Positions 53,000 to 58,751 of a DNA stretch of 58,751 bases are shown here, piece by piece. Position 1 is the first letter of the stretch; each line of letters starts with the position of its first letter. Below the pieces are notes generated by a model. It was not told the origin of the DNA. It made no database searches and saw nothing but the letters and a program-made list of their open reading frames with translations. The position numbers and the translations under genes are program-made. Origin of the DNA: Gammaproteobacteria bacterium (lineage in GTDB: Bacteria; Pseudomonadota; Gammaproteobacteria; Steroidobacterales; Steroidobacteraceae); contig JAGWPD010000252.1 of NCBI GenBank assembly GCA_028870705.1, positions 1-58,751 on the forward strand, written 5' to 3'.

Positions 53000-53020
53000 C
53001 TCCGCCCGAGGGATTGACCC

Positions 53021-54967
53021 ATGTGGCTTGAGGCCGAGCGCACACGACGGCGGAAATGCGCCGTGCTCGTCGTCATGCTCGTGGCCGTGCCGACTTTTGC
53101 GCGGGCGGACGATGATGATGCGTCCAGGCTCGAAGAGGTGGTGGTCACGGCCACGCGTTCGCCGGGCCTGATCCGCGATGAGCCGCTGCACGTCGAGACC
53201 GTGCCGACCGAGGAGATCGAGGAGAACCTGACGATCCGGCCGGGGAACCTCACTGCGCTCCTGAAGGAGCTGCCGGGCGTGCGCATTCAAGCGTCGGCGC
53301 CGGGACTGGGCGGTGCCGGCATGCAGCTGCGCGGGATGCCGGCGCGCGACACGCTGGTCCTGACCGACGGCTTGCCCCTGCTGGGCGCCGAGCCCGATGC
53401 CTTCGGACTGCTGCAGACTCCACCGCTCGATCTGGCCCGCGTGGAGGTCATCAACGGGGCCGTTTCCGCGCTCTATGGAGGTTCCGCGCTCGGCGGTGTG
53501 CTGAATCTGGTCTCGCGCACGGCGGACTCCGAGCCGGGGATTCTCGCCAACGTGACCGCCCGCGGCGGTGAGGACCTGGTCGGATTCCTTACCCACAAGG
53601 GCGGCTCGCCGTGGAGCGAGACGCTCACGGTCGGTATGCACGATCAGTCGCGCGTGGATGTCAACGGCGACGGCTGGGCGGACCTGCCCGGCTATCGCCG
53701 GTATACGCTGCAGCCGCGAGTCTGGTGGCGCGGGACCCAGGGACGCTCCCTGTTGCTCACGGCCGGCATTGTCGATGAGGATCGGAGCGGCGGAACGGTA
53801 GCCAATGGGGTGCTGCCGGACGGCCGCGTTTTTCCGCAACACCTGCGCACCCGGCGTTTCAACGCGGGAGCGGTCAGCCAGCTTCCCATCACGGACGCCG
53901 ACACGCTCAGCGGCCGCTATTCGCTGACCTCGACTCACCTCGACCGAAGCTTCGGCAGCCAACGGATCGAATCGACGCAGACGACGGCGTTCGCCGAGGA
54001 AGCAGTGAACGGCTCATTCGGGGCGCATCGCTGGGTGGCGGGCGTGGCCTTCGAGCACGATGGGCTCAAGGTGCCGGCTGTCCCCGGCGTCGGCTACGCC
54101 TACGATGTGCCAGCGGTGTTTGCCCAGGACACCTACACGGCGGCCCCATGGCTGGTCGTAGCCGGGAGCGTGCGCGTGGACGCCCACAATGACTACGGGA
54201 CATTCGTGAGCCCGCGCGCATCTGCGCTGTGGCGGGCACCGCACAGCGCGTGGAGCCTGCGCGCCTCGATCGGGGCGGGATACTCCGCGCCGACTCCGCT
54301 GCTCGATGACATCGAGGCAACGGGATTTGGTCCCCTGTCGCCGCTGCGCGGCCTGCACGCCGAGCGCGCGACGACGGCCTCCATCGATGGCAAATGGGCC
54401 GACGATGGCTGGGACATCAACGTGAGCATATTCACCTCGGAGATCCGCGATCCGCTTGCCGTCGTGCCGACGGGCGGCCAGTTGCGGATCATCAATGCCC
54501 CGGGTCCCCGGCGCGCCCCGGGCGCGGAGCTCCTGATCGGCTATGTGGCCGGGCCTCTGCACGCGATTGCGTCGTTCAGTTCGATTCACGCCACGCAAGC
54601 CGATCTGACGGGCGCCCGTCAGGGTGTGCCGCTCGTGCCACGCGAAACCGCCTCCCTGGATGCGATCCTCGAGAGCGAACAGCGCGGTCGCATTGGCTTT
54701 GAGCTCGATTACACGGGGCCGCAGACGCTGGAGAACGACCCGTTTCGTGCCACGAGCCCGGCTTTCGTTGCGGTCAACGCGCTGGCGGAGATCCGTTTCA
54801 AGGGCATCGGGGTATTCCTCAACGCGCTCAATCTCACGAACGTGCGGCAGACCCAATTCGATCCGCTGCTTCGCCCCGGCCCGGGGCCCGGCGGCAACCC
54901 GATCACCGACGTGTGGGCGCCGCTGGACGGGCGGACCTTCAATCTCGGCATCCGCCTGGAGTTATAG
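53021..54967 (+). CDS. TonB-dependent outer-membrane receptor (648 aa), lacking an N-terminal signalling extension
   Basis: Signal peptide 'VLVVMLVAVPTFARA'. The plug starts immediately ('RLEEVVVTATRSPG...LRGMPARDTLVLTDGLPL...VEVINGAVSALYGGSALGGVLNLV'). The gene begins 21 nt after the sigma gene. Confidence 0.88.
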   Translation: MWLEAERTRRRKCAVLVVMLVAVPTFARADDDDASRLEEVVVTATRSPGLIRDEPLHVETVPTEEIEENLTIRPGNLTALLKELPGVRIQASAPGLGGAGMQLRGMPARDTLVLTDGLPLLGAEPDAFGLLQTPPLDLARVEVINGAVSALYGGSALGGVLNLVSRTADSEPGILANVTARGGEDLVGFLTHKGGSPWSETLTVGMHDQSRVDVNGDGWADLPGYRRYTLQPRVWWRGTQGRSLLLTAGIVDEDRSGGTVANGVLPDGRVFPQHLRTRRFNAGAVSQLPITDADTLSGRYSLTSTHLDRSFGSQRIESTQTTAFAEEAVNGSFGAHRWVAGVAFEHDGLKVPAVPGVGYAYDVPAVFAQDTYTAAPWLVVAGSVRVDAHNDYGTFVSPRASALWRAPHSAWSLRASIGAGYSAPTPLLDDIEATGFGPLSPLRGLHAERATTASIDGKWADDGWDINVSIFTSEIRDPLAVVPTGGQLRIINAPGPRRAPGAELLIGYVAGPLHAIASFSSIHATQADLTGARQGVPLVPRETASLDAILESEQRGRIGFELDYTGPQTLENDPFRATSPAFVAVNALAEIRFKGIGVFLNALNLTNVRQTQFDPLLRPGPGPGGNPITDVWAPLDGRTFNLGIRLEL

Positions 54968-55083
54968 CGCGCGCTGTCGGGCGCAGCGGCCTCGGCAACT
55001 CACGATGTGATGATTTGCGAACCGGCTTCCTCTTACACTAGCGACAGTGTCGGCCACGGGCCCACGGCTCGAGCGGTTCTCCA

Positions 55084-55632
55084 ATGACAAATCTGAACTC
55101 CAAGCTGGAGCGCCTCGCTGAACAGACGCTGTTTGCGAGCCGTTGGCTGATGGCGCCTTTCTATCTGGGAATGGTCCTTGCCTTGGTGCTGCTGTTGATC
55201 GTGTTCGGCCGCGAACTCGCCGCCGAGTTCGCGCATGTCCAGACCGTGAATGCCGAAAGCGCCGTCCTGCTGGCGCTGTCGTTGATCGATTTGTCCCTGA
55301 CCGGCAACCTGCTGCTGATCGTGATGTTTTCGGGATATGAGAATTTCGTATCGCGGATGCAGATCGGCGATCACGAGGATCGGCCCAGCTGGATGGGCAC
55401 GGTTGATTTTTCCGGCATGAAAATGAAGTTGATTGCATCGATCGTCGCGATCAGCGGCATCGCCTTGCTGCGTACGTTTCTGCCGCTGAGCGATCCGGAC
55501 TCGAAGATGGACAGCCAGCGCATCGGCTGGATGGTCGCCATTCATCTCACGTTTGTCATCTCAGGCGTGCTATTGGCGGTCATGGACTGGATTACATCCA
55601 AGGCCGAAGCGCGCGGTCCCACCGGGCATTGA
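55084..55632 (+). CDS. yqhA: UPF0114/YqhA-family inner-membrane protein
   Basis: 'FASRWLMAPFYLGMVLAL', 'LLIVMFSGYENFVS', 'KLIASIVAISGIALLR' and 'VAIHLTFVISG' run collinear with E. coli YqhA as I recall it. Confidence 0.85.
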   Translation: MTNLNSKLERLAEQTLFASRWLMAPFYLGMVLALVLLLIVFGRELAAEFAHVQTVNAESAVLLALSLIDLSLTGNLLLIVMFSGYENFVSRMQIGDHEDRPSWMGTVDFSGMKMKLIASIVAISGIALLRTFLPLSDPDSKMDSQRIGWMVAIHLTFVISGVLLAVMDWITSKAEARGPTGH

Positions 55633-55709
55633 AAGGCCGGCGATCGAGGCTTCACAGCCCGGACCGCCAGCGGGTAGCTGAGGCTCGGCCCGGCCGCGCG
55701 CGGGCGCCG

Positions 55710-56111
55710 TTACGGCGCCCCGAGCGCTCCGGCGCCCGAAGCGAGCGCACCGATGATCGGACAAGGCGCCTGCGGACCGGACGCCTCGCAATCGGCGAGC
55801 AGGTGCCCAAGCACCCGCTCCATCCGTTGCAGCGCCGCGAGCTTGTCACGCACGTTCTTGAGGCGCGCGCCGGCAATCTGCCGCACTTCGGCCCGGGTGC
55901 CGCCGTCCTCGAGCCGCAACAGCTCGCGGATTTCCACGAGCGCGAAGCCCAGTGCCTGCGCGTGCTTGATGAATTGGACGCGATGCAACACGCCGGACGA
56001 ATAGCGGCGCACGCCAGCCGCGGCCGGAACGGGCAGCAGTTGGCGCCGTTGGTAATAGCGGATCGTCTCGACCCCGACCCGCGCCGCCGCCGCGAGGCGC
56101 CCGATGGTCAT
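55710..56111 (-). CDS. MerR-family metalloregulator of the Hg-MerR clade, lacking the Cys82 equivalent
   Basis: 'MTIGRLAAAARVGVETIRYYQ...FIKHAQALGFALVEIRELLRLEDGGTRAEV...LADCEASGPQAPCPIIGAL' aligns with Tn501 MerR. The C117 and C126 equivalents are kept with identical spacing. An alternative upstream start lies at 56174. Confidence 0.85.
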   Translation of the reverse strand: MTIGRLAAAARVGVETIRYYQRRQLLPVPAAAGVRRYSSGVLHRVQFIKHAQALGFALVEIRELLRLEDGGTRAEVRQIAGARLKNVRDKLAALQRMERVLGHLLADCEASGPQAPCPIIGALASGAGALGAP

Positions 56112-56177
56112 GCCGGCCGCGGCCACCCCGGTGCGCGCGGGCCGGTGCGAGCGGCGTTTGCTGGCTGCATGCATGGC

Positions 56178-56209
56178 TTGACTCCGTACCTTGGTACGGA
56201 GTTTAGAAT
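56178..56209 (+). promoter_or_regulatory. MerR-type promoter/operator: TTGACT, 20-bp spacer with a perfect dyad, TAGAAT
   Basis: -35 TTGACT at 56178-56183. Dyad ACTCCGTACC-TT-GGTACGGAGT at 56181-56202, containing the TCCGTAC-N4-GTACGGA core. -10 TAGAAT at 56204-56209. Confidence 0.8.
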
Positions 56210-56247
56210 CCCAGGCATCGATCGGGCAAGCACTCAAGGACAAGCTC

Positions 56248-58497
56248 ATGAACTGTTGCACGGGCTCCCATCCGGAACATGCGCACGGCCAACGTGCGCA
56301 CGCGGATTCTCCGACCGAGCGCGATCCGGTCTGCGGCATGCTCGTCGACCCCGCGGCTGCAGCAGCGCAACCGCAGCACGACGTGGTCTACACCTGCCCC
56401 ATGCATCCCGAGGTGCGGCAGATCGGGCCGGGCAATTGCCCGAAATGCGGCATGGCACTGGAACCCGTCGAGGCGACACCGTCGGACCGTCCGAGCGCTG
56501 AGCTCAGCGACATGACCTGGCGCCTGTGGATCGGCGCGGCCCTCACTGCGCCGCTGTTCGTCCTGGAGATGAGCGCCCATCTGCCTGCGCTGCAGCTCCA
56601 TCGCCTGGTCACACCGCAACTCTTGCAGTGGATCCAGCTGCTGCTTGCGACACCAGTGGTCCTGTGGGCGGGCTGGCCGTTCTTCGAGCGGGCTTTCGCC
56701 TCGGTACGGCATCGCTCCCTCAACATGTTCAGCCTGATTGGCCTGGGGGTCGCGGCAGCGTATCTCTACAGTCTGTTCGCTAGCGTTGCGCCTGCCCTGT
56801 TCCCGGCCGGACTGCGGAACGACCACGGCCTCATCCCGGTGTATTACGAGGCCGCCGCCGTGATCACGGTGCTCGTGCTGGTCGGGCAGGTGCTGGAGTT
56901 GCGCGCCCGCGAACACACGAGCAGCGCCATCCGGGCGCTCCTCAACCTCGCGCCCCGCAGCGCACGACGGTTGCGCGCCGATGGAACGGAGGAAGACATC
57001 GGTCTCGATCAGGTGCGCGCGGGCGATCGATTGCGCGTACGTCCGGGCGAATCCGTACCGGTCGATGGCACTGTCCTGGAAGGATCGAGCCCCGTCGATG
57101 AATCCATGGTCACGGGCGAATCGATGCCCGTGGAAAAGGCGCCGGGCGCCGGGCTCATCGGCGGGACGATCAATGGCACGGGAGCGATCGTCATGCGTGC
57201 CGACAAGGTCGGCGCCGATACCATGCTCGCGCGCATCGTGCAGATGGTCTCCGCGGCGCAGCGCAGCCGTGCTCCCATCCAGCGGCTCGCCGATGTCGTC
57301 TCGAGCTGGTTTGTCCCGGCCGTGATCGCAGCCGCGGCGCTGGCATTCACCGCCTGGCTCATCTGGGGTCCCGCGCCGGCATTGGCGTACGCGCTGGTCG
57401 CCGCCGTGTCGGTCCTCATCATTGCCTGCCCCTGCGCGCTGGGTCTCGCTACGCCCATGTCCATCATGGTCGGCGTCGGCAAGGGTGCGAGCGCAGGCGT
57501 GCTCATCAGGAACGCGGAAGCACTCGAGCGTTTCGAGAAGATCGACACACTGGTGGTCGACAAGACCGGCACGATCACCGAAGGCAAACCCCAGGTCGTT
57601 GCCGTGCGGGTCGCGCCGGGATTCGACCAGTCGACAGTGTTGACGCACGGTGCGAGCCTCGAACGCGCGAGCGAACATCCGTTGGCCGCGGCGATTGTCC
57701 GAGCCGCCCTCGAGCGCGGCAGCGAGTTGCTGCCGGTGGCGGACTTCGCCTCGGTCACGGGTCAGGGCGTCAAGGGCACGGTCGCCGGGGCACTCACGCT
57801 GATTGGCAACCGTCGACTGCTGGCCGACGCACGGCTGGACCCGCTCGCCCTGGAATCCGAGGCCGACGGGCTGAGGCGCGATGGTGCGACCGTGATGTTC
57901 GTCGCCATCCGCGGCCAGCTGGCCGGTCTCATCGCGGTCGCCGATCCCATCAAAGCCACGGCGCCCGCGGCGCTGGCGAGCCTGGCAGCCGATGGCGTCC
58001 GGATCGTGATGCTCACGGGCGACAACCGGATCACCGCCGCAGCCGTCGGCCGCAAACTGGGGCTGACTGAAATCGAAGCGGAAGTGCTGCCGGACCAGAA
58101 GCACGCCGTCGTGCGGCGCCTCCGCCGCGAGGGACGCGTGGTGGCGATGGCCGGAGATGGCGTCAACGACGCGCCGGCGCTGGCCGAAGCGGACATCGGC
58201 ATCGCCATGGGCACGGGCACGGACGTGGCCATGCACAGTGCAGGCGTCACGCTGGTGAAAGGAGACCTCGCCGGCATCGCCCGGGCCCGGGCCCTGAGCC
58301 GGGCGACGATGCGCAATATCCGGCAGAACCTGGTGCTGGCCTTCGTCTACAACGTGCTGGGAATCCCCGTTGCCGCCGGCGTGCTGTATCCGTTCTTTGG
58401 TCTGCTTTTGAGCCCGGCCATTGCAGCGGCAGCCATGTCGCTCAGTTCAGTGTCCGTGATCGGCAATGCGTTGCGGCTGCGCCGTACAAGGCTCTGA
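56248..58497 (+). CDS. copA: P1B-1 (Cu+/Ag+) P-type ATPase with a non-canonical N-terminal metal-binding region
   Basis: AAGGA lies 7 nt before the ATG at 56248. Motifs 'CPC' (TM4), '[14 protein letters not shown]' (N-x6-YN-x4-P), '[11 protein letters not shown]' (M-x2-SS), 'DKTGTITEG' and '[10 protein letters not shown]'. The N-terminus carries 'CC', a His-rich stretch, 'DPVCGM' and 'YTCPMHPEV...[10 protein letters not shown]' instead of a GMxCxxC ferredoxin-like domain. Confidence 0.9.
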   Translation: MNCCTGSHPEHAHGQRAHADSPTERDPVCGMLVDPAAAAAQPQHDVVYTCPMHPEVRQIGPGNCPKCGMALEPVEATPSDRPSAELSDMTWRLWIGAALTAPLFVLEMSAHLPALQLHRLVTPQLLQWIQLLLATPVVLWAGWPFFERAFASVRHRSLNMFSLIGLGVAAAYLYSLFASVAPALFPAGLRNDHGLIPVYYEAAAVITVLVLVGQVLELRAREHTSSAIRALLNLAPRSARRLRADGTEEDIGLDQVRAGDRLRVRPGESVPVDGTVLEGSSPVDESMVTGESMPVEKAPGAGLIGGTINGTGAIVMRADKVGADTMLARIVQMVSAAQRSRAPIQRLADVVSSWFVPAVIAAAALAFTAWLIWGPAPALAYALVAAVSVLIIACPCALGLATPMSIMVGVGKGASAGVLIRNAEALERFEKIDTLVVDKTGTITEGKPQVVAVRVAPGFDQSTVLTHGASLERASEHPLAAAIVRAALERGSELLPVADFASVTGQGVKGTVAGALTLIGNRRLLADARLDPLALESEADGLRRDGATVMFVAIRGQLAGLIAVADPIKATAPAALASLAADGVRIVMLTGDNRITAAAVGRKLGLTEIEAEVLPDQKHAVVRRLRREGRVVAMAGDGVNDAPALAEADIGIAMGTGTDVAMHSAGVTLVKGDLAGIARARALSRATMRNIRQNLVLAFVYNVLGIPVAAGVLYPFFGLLLSPAIAAAAMSLSSVSVIGNALRLRRTRL

Positions 58498-58631
58498 GGA
58501 CGATCTCCCACCGGCTGCTGAAATCCTGAGGCCGCTTCAGGCCGAATTCAGGTTCCAGGTCCAGGCTCCCCGCATTCTTTTGGGTGTCCCGTCGACACAC
58601 CAGACGTCATTTGCAGGGGGAAACGGTCATC

Positions 58632-58751
58632 ATGAATTCGAACAAGTCGCGCGTGCGCAGCTCAGTCGTTCACTCGCCGGTGGCTGCGCGCGCGGCCTGC
58701 GCGCTTGCAGCCGCGCTGGCGCTGGCATTGCCAGCGGCCAGGCTGCAGGCG
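58632..58751 (+). CDS. 5' end of a secreted protein gene, truncated by the window edge
   Basis: The ATG is preceded by a GGGGG-rich stretch. 'MNSNKSRVRSSVVHSPVAARAACALAAALALALPAA' looks like a signal peptide. Function cannot be called. Confidence 0.35.
   Translation, partial: MNSNKSRVRSSVVHSPVAARAACALAAALALALPAARLQA

Noticed and set aside
53008-53016. A further copy of GAGGGATTG just upstream of the TBDR gene, as a possible additional ECF promoter.
   Set aside because: No CGTAC-like element follows at the N12 position. The motif ends 4 nt before the ATG at 53021, where GAGGGA is better explained as the ribosome-binding site. The recurrence of the 9-mer is noted under the promoter finding.
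1-58751. A search by eye for rRNA, tRNA, CRISPR arrays, transposase or integrase genes, toxin-antitoxin pairs and known phage-defence gene signatures.
   Set aside because: None was recognisable. Every ORF above ~90 aa on the coding strand is accounted for by transport, regulation or carbohydrate and metal metabolism. I cannot exclude small RNAs or very small ORFs without computational tools.

Overview
This is a GC-rich proteobacterial chromosomal segment (about two-thirds G+C by eye). Third codon positions are strongly G/C-biased, so the ORF track carries many long spurious antisense ORFs. All family calls come from reading motifs in the supplied translations; no database search was run.

Gene content, left to right:
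1. ~0.1-11.6 kb: a TonB-dependent-receptor (TBDR) type disaccharide utilisation locus. It holds a LacI repressor, a GH65 phosphorylase fused to beta-phosphoglucomutase, a TBDR, an MFS sugar permease, a secreted GH65 paralog and a decayed clan GH-A hydrolase.
2. 11.6-20.2 kb: a minus-strand operon of two secreted YVTN/YncE-like beta-propeller proteins, a TBDR and a small periplasmic protein. An uncharacterised periplasmic module occurs three times in this operon. It sits divergent from a CusRS-like two-component system.
3. 20.2-30.0 kb: a minus-strand array of PepSY, RR-HK, RR-HK, a TBDR and a CitA/CitH-like citrate symporter.
4. 30-58.5 kb: a metal-homeostasis region. It contains:
   - a bacterial P3A (proton-pump type) P-type ATPase;
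   - a CnrT-like DMT transporter with a 66-residue tail carrying 25 His;
   - a two-component system translationally coupled to a tripartite RND pump;
   - a seven-gene minus-strand array (TolC-like, multicopper oxidase, cytochrome c/NTF2 fusion, Cys-rich small protein, CusCBA);
   - a CnrYXH-like anti-sigma/sensor/ECF sigma module followed by a TBDR;
   - YqhA;
   - a MerR-clade regulator with a mer-type operator in front of a Cu(I)-type P1B ATPase.

I found no rRNA, tRNA, CRISPR array, transposase, integrase or recognisable phage-defence system.

The candidates most worth follow-up are:
- the CnrYXH-like module wired to a TBDR and to a quasi-palindromic pair of divergent ECF-type promoter motifs;
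- the MerR-like regulator that lacks the Cys82 equivalent but keeps a mer-type operator;
- the beta-propeller/TBDR operon with its repeated unknown periplasmic module;
- the P3A ATPase paired with the His-tailed DMT transporter.
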